Positions 10,570 through 20,460 of a stretch of DNA of 64,000 bases are shown piece by piece. The DNA lies in assembly GCF_055900595.2 (NCBI RefSeq), contig NZ_CM148325.1. The stretch is one strand, 5' to 3'. The notes under the pieces were generated by a model that did not search any database, was not told the origin of the DNA, and was given only the letters and a program-made list of their open reading frames with translations. Within the stretch, counting starts at the first letter, position 1; every line of letters begins with the position of its first letter. Position numbers and translations under genes: made by a program.

Positions 10570-10959
10570 GTGAAGCAATTTCTTACTGCTATGTTCTTAT
10601 TCATATCTTTTGGGGCTACAGCAGAGTGCTGGGTCGTTGGAGATATGCGCGGAATAAGCTATTCAGAACGAAATAATTTCCATCCGGAAGAAGATGGTTT
10701 TAGTGGAACATTCATCATTAAGACAAACGGTGAAGATGCCAGCATCACATATTCTGGGACAGATGCGGGCGGCATGGCTTACAAAGCATTGTCTAAAAAC
10801 TCCATCATAGGAATCGGCGCGAATGGCGAAACTCAACGCGTTATCGACTCATGGGTAATACATCCTACTGGAACAGTTTTAATGTCAAAAACCATTTCCG
10901 GTTATGGAAATATGGATTCAACCAAAGCTTTTGTTGGAAAAGTAAAAAGAAAATGTTAG
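10570..10959 (+). CDS. Secreted (signal-peptide) protein, paralog of 36750-37154; unknown function
   Basis: 129 aa, GTG start after AAGGAGG. MKQFLTAMFLFISFGATA|ECW signal peptide and C-terminal Cys. Shares ECW-V, Y-ALS-N, STK-FVG-V-C blocks with the cI-linked ORF. Confidence 0.75.
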   Translation: MKQFLTAMFLFISFGATAECWVVGDMRGISYSERNNFHPEEDGFSGTFIIKTNGEDASITYSGTDAGGMAYKALSKNSIIGIGANGETQRVIDSWVIHPTGTVLMSKTISGYGNMDSTKAFVGKVKRKC

Positions 10960-10983
10960 CGATTGAATCCAATTTCCCATACG

Positions 10984-12825
10984 TTACTGCTGTGTTGCCT
11001 CAGTAGCAAACAGCGGTCTGATGGCATTCGCAGCGTTATTTATCGCTCTTTCATAGGCTGGTGTTCCTGCTTTGGTGTTTGCCAAACGAAGAAGCATATT
11101 CCTTGCTGCTTTGGACTCATACAAGCGCATCATTGCACCAAAACCAGCCTCAATCCCCATTGATACGCCAAGGGTCGCAGTTGCGCCAATCGTCCTTATC
11201 CTGTTGGCTTGCGATTGCCCCGTCTGAGTTACTACATTTGCGGTGTCTGACCTTGCTGTTTGCTGTAGAACTTCATGAAGAGCATCAAGCTCTTTCATGT
11301 GCTTTCCAGAAAAAATAGTGTTGTAAATTTCACCGCCTGACTGAGATTTCAGCTTATTAACTTCAGTGATGAACTTGGCTGGAGAGTCCCCGGCCTTTTC
11401 CGCTATTTTGCTGACGTAAGCTGCACGCATAGCATCTTTCCCCTTATCATCCAGTGCGCTCCAGATTCGTTTCACGTCAGATGGTTTTCTGCTTAATACA
11501 ACGGTATTTATAAGTTCAGGACTGGCTTCACTGCTTGCCTTGTTGAGCTTGTTGGCAATGTTTTTATTAAGCACCTTATTATAAACGTTTGCATAATCGG
11601 AATTTGCTTTAAGGTATTTTGCTGCGTCTGATGCACCGAGGTTTTTAGCAACTGCGTTACGAAGGTCTTTTGACATTGCATTCTCTACCATATTGGTAGC
11701 TGCTTTTGCCTGGTTGGGGAAGACCATAGCATCTCCCTGAACATTAGATCTAAATGCTGTTCTGTGCTGACGCAAGAGATCAAACGTAACATCCAAATCA
11801 GTTGCAGGGTTTGCTAATTCTTCACGTAGGTTACGCAAGGATGTAAGCAGGCTTTGATTGGCAGACGTCCCAAGCCGTTCCTGTCTTGCGATCGCTGTAT
11901 TCAGAGCATTCATGGTATTTGTGGTATCAACTGCGGCATTACCCATTTTATTGGTGACGTCATTGATAACAGCGCCAGCGGCATCCTTCCGCCCCCTTAA
12001 CGTGGTGGTCAGAGATTTCACCACATCATCAGGGTTGTACTCACCAAAACGGTCAAAATAATTGCTTACCAGCTTACTCCGCGTTGCATATTGCTCTGCT
12101 CGCTTTGAGCCCGTCCCGAGCAAAGCCCCCTCGGCATCCTGAGTAAGGCCGCGAGTGAAAGCATTTTTCGGCGGGATAACATCAGATGTCATTGGTGTCA
12201 CGCCCATCGATTCTGATGTGGCAATTTTCTTCGCCACTTCTGGCGCAATATCACCTTTTATAGCCGTTATTCCACGCCCTATTCCCTTTGCTGCTGCGGA
12301 AAGAACACCCTGAGCGGCAAGGTTAACTCCGGCATTTTTAGCTGCATTTTGTGCGAAATCGCCTTTCTGATTTGCGGCCTCTGCCAGCGATCCAATAGCC
12401 ATGCTTCCTGCCGTTCCAACTCCTGGAACTAAATACCCACCAATTGTTTCACCGGCTTGTGCGTATGGGTCTGTCGGTTTGTCTACTGGACGATAAACAT
12501 CATCCAAAACTTTTGGCCCACCAAGCCCCTGACTGATTGCATTAATCAGACTTGCGCCACCCTGCAATACGTCAAATGGTATGTTTACCAGACCACGACC
12601 AGCCTGTTCTGCAATTTGCCCTGCACTTTGACCACCAGTGAGCCAATCGCCAGCTTGTTGCATCAATGATGGTTCTTCACGTACTGGTGCATTATTGGCC
12701 TGATTAACTGTTTGTTGCTGAACAACCTGACCAGCAAAATAATCATCAATGGCGGCTCCAATATCTTCCGTGCTCGTACCATCAGGGAAGGTAAATGTCT
12801 TACCGTTTGCAGTTACTTTCATCAT
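10984..12825 (-). CDS. Ejection/internal virion protein, P22 gp16 position
   Basis: 613 aa (P22 gp16 is about 609 aa). Last gene of the 7-20-16 ejection-protein block by synteny. Confidence 0.75.
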   Translation of the reverse strand: MMKVTANGKTFTFPDGTSTEDIGAAIDDYFAGQVVQQQTVNQANNAPVREEPSLMQQAGDWLTGGQSAGQIAEQAGRGLVNIPFDVLQGGASLINAISQGLGGPKVLDDVYRPVDKPTDPYAQAGETIGGYLVPGVGTAGSMAIGSLAEAANQKGDFAQNAAKNAGVNLAAQGVLSAAAKGIGRGITAIKGDIAPEVAKKIATSESMGVTPMTSDVIPPKNAFTRGLTQDAEGALLGTGSKRAEQYATRSKLVSNYFDRFGEYNPDDVVKSLTTTLRGRKDAAGAVINDVTNKMGNAAVDTTNTMNALNTAIARQERLGTSANQSLLTSLRNLREELANPATDLDVTFDLLRQHRTAFRSNVQGDAMVFPNQAKAATNMVENAMSKDLRNAVAKNLGASDAAKYLKANSDYANVYNKVLNKNIANKLNKASSEASPELINTVVLSRKPSDVKRIWSALDDKGKDAMRAAYVSKIAEKAGDSPAKFITEVNKLKSQSGGEIYNTIFSGKHMKELDALHEVLQQTARSDTANVVTQTGQSQANRIRTIGATATLGVSMGIEAGFGAMMRLYESKAARNMLLRLANTKAGTPAYERAINNAANAIRPLFATEATQQ

Positions 12826-14237
12826 TCCACCGTAAATTGAATGCCTGATTTTGAGGTATATGATCCAACCTGATTCCGTGGTTCTCCTGAAGGTGTCGAA
12901 TCTTGTGCTGGCGCTGCGTCAGTATTCATTGACATATACCGCTTAACGGCACTCCCCAATGATTCACCTTTTTTAACATCCAACCCCAATATCTGACCGC
13001 CATTACGCGATTGTCCAGGGTTGCCATTCGCGCTCATCCACTCGGCTTTAAACTCATTAAACTGCGCGTTTCGTCGCTCAAGGTTTGCCATTGCATCAAG
13101 CCATCTTGCTACCGTCTCAGGGTTATCCATGTCAGTTGGAGCACCCTGTCGAACGATCTCAACGTCTTTATCCGTTGCGGGGCCGGGAGGTAGGAATTTA
13201 AGAACCTGACTGTTAACAAGGGCATTTTGGCGGATGCGCAAATCACGCAATGTTGTATCGCTTCCGGTAAGTTTTGCGAACATGTTCTGTGCGTTACCGA
13301 ACAAACCTGTCGTTGGTTTTTCTGCTCTGAACTGTTGAGCAAGCGCACTCATAGAATTGGCTGAGTTTGATGATGCTGTAGCATTGTTTACAGCCGTCTC
13401 GATGCCTTTTTCCATGTTTACTGACAGCTTAGGTGCTTCGCTAATCAACTGCTGAGCCTTTTCCTGTGCTTGCTGCATCTTAAACCCGAACTCTTGCTGA
13501 TCCAGAGCCAAGCGTTGTGCTGCGATATTGTGCCCAGTCATTGCTGACTGATAGGAAAGGTTTTGCCCTCTCGCCTGAAGTGCTTCTCCAGCCTGATTGC
13601 TGCGGATTGTCTCTGCCAGTTTGCCTCGGTCAATTTCACGACCAGCCATCTTGTCCTGAACAGCAAACGCCTTTTCTGGTCCAAGCGCACCGAGAGACAT
13701 AGTAGTCAGCATGTGTGATAGCTGCTCTGGATTCTGGATACCTGTCTGAATCATCCAGTCAGCATTCGCCCCCACGCGATTTAACCTGTCCTTGTTGTCA
13801 GTAATGAATTTACTGTAGGCTTCCGGTCCCTGGGAAAGAGCGACGTTAGCCCTCATGGCTAAATCGCCCATATCGTTGCGTTGCTGCTCATTAAGACCGG
13901 AAAACGCCTGTTGTGCCTGTGCAACAAACGCTGGATTTTCCTGGGCAAACTTAAATAGTCCAGATGGATCACCAGAAGCCCATGCATCAGCGTGAACCTT
14001 ATTGAACGCACTAATAGCTTTCTGTTGCTGTTCCTGATTGTAAATATCAGCAACTCCAGCCAGACCACGTAACGCGGTCAGACCAATGTTATTTGCACCT
14101 GAGCGAGCCAGTTCATTGTTTTCGCGGATCAGACCAAGCGTTGCGTTAATGTCGCTTGCCTTTGGCGCATTCTCATTTTGCGTACCGATGCCAGCCAGAA
14201 AACCACCAGAATTAATACCCTGTTGCCACGTAGCCAT
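12822..14237 (-). CDS. Ejection protein, P22 gp20 position
   Basis: 471 aa, the same length as P22 gp20. Overlapping stop/start with neighbours. Confidence 0.75.
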   Translation of the reverse strand: MATWQQGINSGGFLAGIGTQNENAPKASDINATLGLIRENNELARSGANNIGLTALRGLAGVADIYNQEQQQKAISAFNKVHADAWASGDPSGLFKFAQENPAFVAQAQQAFSGLNEQQRNDMGDLAMRANVALSQGPEAYSKFITDNKDRLNRVGANADWMIQTGIQNPEQLSHMLTTMSLGALGPEKAFAVQDKMAGREIDRGKLAETIRSNQAGEALQARGQNLSYQSAMTGHNIAAQRLALDQQEFGFKMQQAQEKAQQLISEAPKLSVNMEKGIETAVNNATASSNSANSMSALAQQFRAEKPTTGLFGNAQNMFAKLTGSDTTLRDLRIRQNALVNSQVLKFLPPGPATDKDVEIVRQGAPTDMDNPETVARWLDAMANLERRNAQFNEFKAEWMSANGNPGQSRNGGQILGLDVKKGESLGSAVKRYMSMNTDAAPAQDSTPSGEPRNQVGSYTSKSGIQFTVE

Positions 14238-14247
14238 TGATTACCCC

Positions 14248-14940
14248 TTAAAACAACGAGCCAAGCAGACCAAGACCGCCGCCGATCGCAGCCCCCCACG
14301 GAGTTGATGAACCAATTAATTTCGCAAGTCCGGCCCCAGCAATAGCACCAGACGCACCTCCGCCAATAGCAGATTGCATTGCTGATGGTCTGTTGGCATT
14401 TGCCGCTGCAAGAGCCGCACTTTGCTGCGAAATCTGACTCATATTGTTGGCATATGTTTGCCCGGCGTTTGCCTGACCTTGCAGTGCGCCAAGACCAATA
14501 TTTGCCAGATTCTGGTAGTTGTTCATCTGACCAGATAGCCATTGCTGACCAAGCGTTGGTGCGATTGTTGCTAACTGATTACCGGTTGCAGTGGAACCCA
14601 ATCCACCTGTTGCTTCCGCTGCCGCCAGACTCTGATAGCGAGCCTGACCAGCAAGATCTTTGTACTGCTGAGAGTTGTAATACTGGTTAAGTGCCTGACC
14701 TTGCCCTTCCAGAGACGATAAGTTCTCGAGGCTGCCGACATACTTATCAGCCAGAGGAGTAAACGGCTTCAGGTTGTTCATGATGGTGTTGAACTGCTGA
14801 TTTTGCAGGTCTGCGGCATACTTCTGGGCTTCTGCGGCATACTTTGCGCTTTTATCAGAACTGCCACCTTTGCCGCCTTTTTCAGGGCACCAAGGTTCCT
14901 CGCCGCACAGTTTTCTGCCCAGCTTAAATGCATATAACAT
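14248..14940 (-). CDS. Ejection protein, P22 gp7 position
   Basis: 230 aa (P22 gp7 is 229 aa). Q/N-rich with a Gly-rich hydrophobic C-terminus. Confidence 0.7.
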   Translation of the reverse strand: MLYAFKLGRKLCGEEPWCPEKGGKGGSSDKSAKYAAEAQKYAADLQNQQFNTIMNNLKPFTPLADKYVGSLENLSSLEGQGQALNQYYNSQQYKDLAGQARYQSLAAAEATGGLGSTATGNQLATIAPTLGQQWLSGQMNNYQNLANIGLGALQGQANAGQTYANNMSQISQQSAALAAANANRPSAMQSAIGGGASGAIAGAGLAKLIGSSTPWGAAIGGGLGLLGSLF

Positions 14941-14942
14941 GG

Positions 14943-15398
14943 CTATCTCCCGTGATTCAGGAAGTCGATTAGTTCTTCGCGTGTGGCGCTGTAAAAAGTC
15001 ACGTCATCCACGCCTTTAAAGTATTTCTTGATGGTTCCGACACGCTTAAGGCCAATCATTGCGCAGTAAATCTGCCCGTGGCGGAATTTGCGTGCGGCGA
15101 ACGATGTGACGCACTGAACGGTGGTGTTAGTCAGAATGTATCGCCAGAAAGCCAGCCCGATTTCCTTGCTGAAGCCGCGAATCTCTGGCAGGTACATGGC
15201 GTGGCAATCAAAGGTCAGCGGCTGAATCTCCTGATAGTAAACAATTCCGCCGAACTGCCCGTGCACGTTAACCTCAAAGTAACGGCATTCAGGTTTGTAG
15301 TCGTATCCATCACCGTTGTTGCTCCCGGCGATAATGTCAGGGTGATTTCCTACGGCTTCTATCAGGTCGATGTTTCGCGTTGGTTTGAATGTAATCAT
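14943..15398 (-). CDS. P22 gp14-position protein (head assembly/ejection accessory)
   Basis: 151 aa; lies between the tail needle and gp7 equivalents. Confidence 0.6.
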   Translation of the reverse strand: MITFKPTRNIDLIEAVGNHPDIIAGSNNGDGYDYKPECRYFEVNVHGQFGGIVYYQEIQPLTFDCHAMYLPEIRGFSKEIGLAFWRYILTNTTVQCVTSFAARKFRHGQIYCAMIGLKRVGTIKKYFKGVDDVTFYSATREELIDFLNHGR

Positions 15399-16099
15399 CA
15401 GTCAATCAGCCCATGTAATCTAAGTGCCGTTTCAAGCGCCAGAATACGCTGCCGCGCCTGCTGCAAACCTGTAGCGAGTGCTGCGACTTCGGATTGTGTG
15501 TACGTAGTGCCGACTGTGTATGACTGGTTAGCGTTGAATGAGCCAAGAAGAGGTGTACCTGTGGCTGCAGTCCATCCGGTATTTCTTGCTCCAATAACCT
15601 GAATTCCATCAACTGAATATGATGTTTTTACATCCAGCGGTGACGCAAGAGACTGCGATTCGGTTACGGTTTTCGATACGTAATCACTCTTAATGTCAGA
15701 TACATCGCTTTCTACGCCATCCAGTCTTTGGTCAACAGTGACCAGATGCGCCTGAATATCGATAACCTCATCCAGCAAGTAATCAACATCGCTACGCAGT
15801 ACGACTATCTTCCCTTCGGCGGTTGTTAACCTGACCTCAAGGAGATTTATCGCTTTTGTGTTTGCGGTGATTCTTGAATCGTGATCTGCCAGTTCGACGT
15901 CCTGTTCATCGTTTTTCACCTGAGCATCGTAAGCGCCCTGACCAGCCTGATTTGCCTTCCCGGCAATTGCGCCGACATCAGCCCCCTGATTAATGACATA
16001 CAGCAGGTAAGACTGGCTGAATATATTGCGTGGAAGGATTGATGTATCTAGTCGTGTAGCCTGAACCACAACAGGTGTATTGAGATTCGAATCAGCCAT
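15398..16099 (-). CDS. Tail needle (P22 gp26-type trimeric coiled coil)
   Basis: 233 aa, equal to the length of P22 gp26. [18 protein letters not shown]... with heptad-rich centre. Confidence 0.8.
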   Translation of the reverse strand: MADSNLNTPVVVQATRLDTSILPRNIFSQSYLLYVINQGADVGAIAGKANQAGQGAYDAQVKNDEQDVELADHDSRITANTKAINLLEVRLTTAEGKIVVLRSDVDYLLDEVIDIQAHLVTVDQRLDGVESDVSDIKSDYVSKTVTESQSLASPLDVKTSYSVDGIQVIGARNTGWTAATGTPLLGSFNANQSYTVGTTYTQSEVAALATGLQQARQRILALETALRLHGLID

Positions 16100-17517
16100 T
16101 ACTCGATCCTTATCTGGCAGCCTGACAGAGTGACAGGTGACTTAGTGATAACACGCAATTTGAAGCCGACATTTTTCCTGATGCGCCCAACTCGCTTCCA
16201 CAAAACGCGTTTGTCGTAAACGAACGGTTCATTCTGCTCAATCATCTGCTCACGCCCGTAATTGATGCCGTCAGTGGTTGCAGAGAGAAAAAGGCGGTCA
16301 GCATACTGCGCAACTCCAGTTGACGATTCAACTTCAAGGTCGAAAACTCTGGCGTTATCCGCTTTGAACAACGGAGTAAACAGCAGGTGTTCCTGCTGCT
16401 TGTCGTACTGACTGCTGATATCGAACTGCAATTTCCCGGTCACCGATTCCAGCTTATCGCCGCACGTTATCTGATTTCCTTCGTAAATGAAGTCGATAGC
16501 GCGGTACACATCGTCATACAAGCCTGTTTTCAGTACACACCATTGCGGACCATTGGCGCTTGAAGATGCGTCGTACACGAGGACGTGACGCGGAAGGTGG
16601 ATAATCAGCAACTCATGAGCATCAAATCTCAGAGACTCCATCACACCATCAGCCAGTTCATCAGCAGTGTAGGAGCGTAGTATTTTCTCAATGCTCGCGC
16701 TGGCGATTGGTGATACCTGACCGGAGCCGATGATGTATACAGATGGCGCACCAGTTGCCGGATTGCTGATGAACGCATACGAATCAGCGAATGGCGTTTT
16801 GCAGTAAGTCCCGGCAATGCCTTTCTGCACCATCAGCGATGGCTGTGCGACATACAAAGCGGCACCAACGGTGGTTGCGCCAGTCAGGGAGAAATATTCA
16901 ATCGTCGATGAACCAAAGCAGACGATGAAGTCTCGCCATGTTCCGATGCCGATGATGCCGTCCGGCTGCGATTCTGCGCGATATTGTGCGCTGTAGCGGT
17001 CAGGATGTGATTCGTCTTCAAGGTCAGTGATAAACCATGAATCAGTGCCGTCTTTTGACCACGCATAACGGCCACGTAAGCGCGTAATGTCGCGGACTGA
17101 GCCTAACTCGTACTGTGTGAATCCGCTGTCTGTAGGCCAGTTTGAGACGGTTTTAACCGTGCCATCATAGCGATACTCGACCAGTTGACCATTAACGCCT
17201 ACCGCCTGTGATGTCCGACCATGCGCCATTGATACACGACCACTTCCGGCGACGTCACCGACTTCGCTTTCGCCTTTGTAGAGCTTGCCGCCACACACAC
17301 GATAAACAGCATTCTGCGCCATGTTGTACTCGACGCCGCGCGATACGCCGTTTACATCAGAGCGTTTGGCAATGCCCGGGAATGAGCGAAGATATCCGCT
17401 GCTGTTCAGGATTTCTTTGGGTGTAGCCAACATATTCACTGGCAGATAGTCGATATAGTCGGCGTTTCGAAAGTCTTTGCCGACACCTTTCATAAGCGGA
17501 AGTTGCTGAATCGGCAT
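16099..17517 (-). CDS. Tail hub/adaptor protein (P22 gp10-type)
   Basis: 472 aa, equal to the length of P22 gp10. Synteny 4-10-26. Confidence 0.8.
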   Translation of the reverse strand: MPIQQLPLMKGVGKDFRNADYIDYLPVNMLATPKEILNSSGYLRSFPGIAKRSDVNGVSRGVEYNMAQNAVYRVCGGKLYKGESEVGDVAGSGRVSMAHGRTSQAVGVNGQLVEYRYDGTVKTVSNWPTDSGFTQYELGSVRDITRLRGRYAWSKDGTDSWFITDLEDESHPDRYSAQYRAESQPDGIIGIGTWRDFIVCFGSSTIEYFSLTGATTVGAALYVAQPSLMVQKGIAGTYCKTPFADSYAFISNPATGAPSVYIIGSGQVSPIASASIEKILRSYTADELADGVMESLRFDAHELLIIHLPRHVLVYDASSSANGPQWCVLKTGLYDDVYRAIDFIYEGNQITCGDKLESVTGKLQFDISSQYDKQQEHLLFTPLFKADNARVFDLEVESSTGVAQYADRLFLSATTDGINYGREQMIEQNEPFVYDKRVLWKRVGRIRKNVGFKLRVITKSPVTLSGCQIRIE

Positions 17518-17526
17518 TTATTCACC

Positions 17527-17988
17527 TCACGTACTCGGATCATCTTTCTCGATGTAAAACCGATTCCACGTAAACGCGCTTTTGTTACCACTACCGCGAG
17601 GCATGTCATTTCGCCGCTCAAGTGGTGGTATTTTGGTTAAAGCGATACAGATTGTCTGATATGCACTGTCAGCAGCGGTAAGGAGAACGTCTGACGGCTG
17701 AATGACGTTATCCATGCACACTTGCACAGCGAGTTTCAAAGCGACGCCATCATTTGCCCATGCAGGGATACCTGAATCATCGTCAGGTAACGGCATGATG
17801 CCATTTTCTGTATCCGCAAACTGATATCCAAGCTCGATACCTTTCGCCTGCCATGCTGCCATCATGTCTTCGAGGTCATTAATGGCATCTTCAATTGCCT
17901 GAGGGTCGGCATCTGTCAACGTGGCATTGGAATACAGCCCGGCTTTTCGTAAAGCCTTAAGAACGAGATCACCCTTCGTTTTCGCCAT
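17527..17988 (-). CDS. Head-tail adaptor (P22 gp4-type)
   Basis: 153 aa; lies between the coat block and gp10. Confidence 0.7.
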   Translation of the reverse strand: MAKTKGDLVLKALRKAGLYSNATLTDADPQAIEDAINDLEDMMAAWQAKGIELGYQFADTENGIMPLPDDDSGIPAWANDGVALKLAVQVCMDNVIQPSDVLLTAADSAYQTICIALTKIPPLERRNDMPRGSGNKSAFTWNRFYIEKDDPST

Positions 17989-18157
17989 CTTCTTCCGCCT
18001 TAGCCACTTTTTGCTTCGTTGCGGTTTCTTCAGGAGTTTTTACCCAGCCTTTTTTCAGGTGAGATTTAACTTCTTCGTCATCAACAATGATGTAATCGAC
18101 AGTAAACTGACCACAGGTGATCATGTTGCCCGGCTTATAGAGCATTGTTCGTGCCAT
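17969..18157 (-). CDS. Small protein between coat and gp4, unknown
   Basis: Start MARTMLYKPGNMITCGQF at 18157 after GGAGAAG; 62 aa with an acidic tail. Confidence 0.5.
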   Translation of the reverse strand: MARTMLYKPGNMITCGQFTVDYIIVDDEEVKSHLKKGWVKTPEETATKQKVAKAEEDGENEG

Positions 18158-18198
18158 TGTCTTCTCCCAATAAAAATGGGGCCGAAGCCCCACCAAAA

Positions 18199-19458
18199 TT
18201 ACTGCCCGGCAATAACGATGCCCGTATATTCAGGAACAAGTACAGAGCAACCGTACAGAGTGGTGAAACGAGCAGTGGTTACGCCTTTGATGTGGTCGAA
18301 GGCGTAAGACATGATCAGCGTAGCGCCCTGCTCGGTGGTTGCTGTCATTACCTGTGGACCCTGACCAGTCGGGAACGCCAGTTTGCCGTACATCAGCTCA
18401 ACAGAACCATCAGCCCAGAACAGGTTAGCAGGTGCTGCGTTCTTGTTGAGAATGGTGATTGCTGCAGTTTCTGCCGGCTTGGCATCGACGTTTGCATATG
18501 GACGGCTCGCAACATCGGCATTTTCAACAGGGAGAATCTTTGGAGAGATTGTTACGGTGGTTCCTGCTGTGTCTACTGCCAGAACGCGGAATACCTGCGG
18601 CTGCCCGGTGGTATCTTTGGTGATCTGGTGTACGGAATTCACACCTGCGATGGTAAACGCATCGCCAACCTGCAAGCCTTTAGCAGATACCGTAATAGTC
18701 CCCTGTCGGTTATCAACTGGCATACCATTTGAATCTTTCGCTTCAACCTTGTGTTCAGGTTGGCCTGATACTGTCAAGGATTCAGCGCTTCCTTTCGGTA
18801 ATCGACCAGAAATATCGGTCTTGTAGCTATCAAAGGAAGCAACCGGAGGGATCTGCGCTTTTTCGTATGCTGTCAGGGTTGCGCCCTGAGCGTAGGCACG
18901 GTGCCCAAGCTCGCCAGCAAGGTCTTTGTAGTTGAAGGGGTTCCAGAAAGAGCGACGGTTGATACCCTGAGGTACACCAATCGCCGTCATGGTGGCATCA
19001 ATATCTGCCGCACCATTCCACAAGGCAAGGCCCCGTGAGCCATTTTCTGAGGCAGGAATTGCGACCACGTTAGTAGCACGCTGCGTGACCATGGAAATCA
19101 GGTCAGAGTCAATCTGTGCAGCAAGGCGCATACCTGCGGCGCGACCAGCTTCAGTTTTATGTTCCGGGTCACGCATTTCACGCGCATCCAGAGTGTACAG
19201 AATGTTTTTCGGCTCCTTGAACACAGAAGGAACAAGGCGCTGAACCAGTGCTGTTGGCGTTTTGCCGCTGAGGTCTAGGCCTTCCTCAATGTTCATGTGG
19301 TAATGCTGCGGACGATACAGAACATCACCTGCTCGCTGCATTGCTGTATCACCGGGACGGAATTTTTTAGCGTTACGGGAAACTACGCAGGCAGCCTCAA
19401 AGCCTTCAACGTAGTTTTCGAACATGATTTCAAGGTCTTTTGCTAATTGGTTAGCCAT
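18199..19458 (-). CDS. Major capsid (coat) protein, P22/Sf6 gp5-type
   Basis: 419 aa; position after the scaffold gene; distant P22-coat-like blocks (e.g. NLFWADGS near the C-terminus). Confidence 0.85.
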   Translation of the reverse strand: MANQLAKDLEIMFENYVEGFEAACVVSRNAKKFRPGDTAMQRAGDVLYRPQHYHMNIEEGLDLSGKTPTALVQRLVPSVFKEPKNILYTLDAREMRDPEHKTEAGRAAGMRLAAQIDSDLISMVTQRATNVVAIPASENGSRGLALWNGAADIDATMTAIGVPQGINRRSFWNPFNYKDLAGELGHRAYAQGATLTAYEKAQIPPVASFDSYKTDISGRLPKGSAESLTVSGQPEHKVEAKDSNGMPVDNRQGTITVSAKGLQVGDAFTIAGVNSVHQITKDTTGQPQVFRVLAVDTAGTTVTISPKILPVENADVASRPYANVDAKPAETAAITILNKNAAPANLFWADGSVELMYGKLAFPTGQGPQVMTATTEQGATLIMSYAFDHIKGVTTARFTTLYGCSVLVPEYTGIVIAGQ

Positions 19459-19476
19459 GCTTAATGCTCCGATAGG

Positions 19477-20370
19477 TTATTTTTTTGCCTTTTTAGCGGC
19501 GAAATACGGCGTCCAGTCACCAGTTTCCAGCGCCTTGGCTTTCAGTTTGTCGAGGTTATTGATTACTGCGCCGTTGCTCCCCTTAACTGTCGGGATTGTG
19601 GCTGCCGTGGTTTTTGCTTTTGGCATGATTCTGGCCTTCGATTCGATACGTTCCAGCAGACGACCAATTGCTACGGGGTTGGTAGCTTCTGCCAGTTGCT
19701 TGCGCAGTTCAGCGTTGCGACCGAGCGCCAGAACAACGATTTCCGGCTTCTCTGACTCAAACAGGATCGCGTTTTGTGTCTCGATGGGGATTTCCTCGAG
19801 TACGGCCTGCTCAGCTTCCTGATAGCCAGGAACTTTGAGAGCCTTAACACGTTGCTGATATTTGGATAATCGCTCTTGATAGGCAGCCTGAAGCTCCTGC
19901 TCCTTCTGCTTGCGAGCCATCTCCTGTTGCTGGTACTTGCCGTTATCCTCTGCCCACTTAGCCATGCGTTGCTGGTAGATTTCTTCATCGAAACCGATGT
20001 CCTCATCATCCAGTTTTGGCATTCGCGGTGGTTGAGTGATTACCGGCTGCTGCTCGACAGATTTCTGAGACTGACGCATCAGCTCTTTCAGCTCGCGATC
20101 TTTCTCTTTAATCGTCTTGCGCAGGTGTTTTACCAGTCCATGCTCTGCGCTATCTTCGCTGGTTGGCGAATCCAGCTTTTCATCACCAAAGTAGAATTCC
20201 TGCTCTGATTCGTCGTCATCAGTTTCAGTAGCTTCCTCTGCATCATTGCCGGAGGACTCACTGCCATCTTCTGTTTCGACTTCTTCAGCCAGTTCGACAT
20301 CATCAGGAATCTGCTCTGACGCGTCGGTTTCGATTTCAACTTCTGGTGTGTTTTCTGCCATCTGGTCCAT
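19477..20370 (-). CDS. Scaffolding protein (P22 gp8-type)
   Basis: 297 aa, very acidic N-terminus, coiled-coil-rich, basic helix-turn-helix-like C-terminus; lies between portal and coat. Confidence 0.8.
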   Translation of the reverse strand: MDQMAENTPEVEIETDASEQIPDDVELAEEVETEDGSESSGNDAEEATETDDDESEQEFYFGDEKLDSPTSEDSAEHGLVKHLRKTIKEKDRELKELMRQSQKSVEQQPVITQPPRMPKLDDEDIGFDEEIYQQRMAKWAEDNGKYQQQEMARKQKEQELQAAYQERLSKYQQRVKALKVPGYQEAEQAVLEEIPIETQNAILFESEKPEIVVLALGRNAELRKQLAEATNPVAIGRLLERIESKARIMPKAKTTAATIPTVKGSNGAVINNLDKLKAKALETGDWTPYFAAKKAKK

Positions 20371-20460
20371 TTGTTACCCCTGTTTACTCGATGTTCAGCC
20401 CATCGGAAGGCAATAGGGTGCCAGGCCTCATAAAGACAGCCATTGCACGTTATGGGTTAA

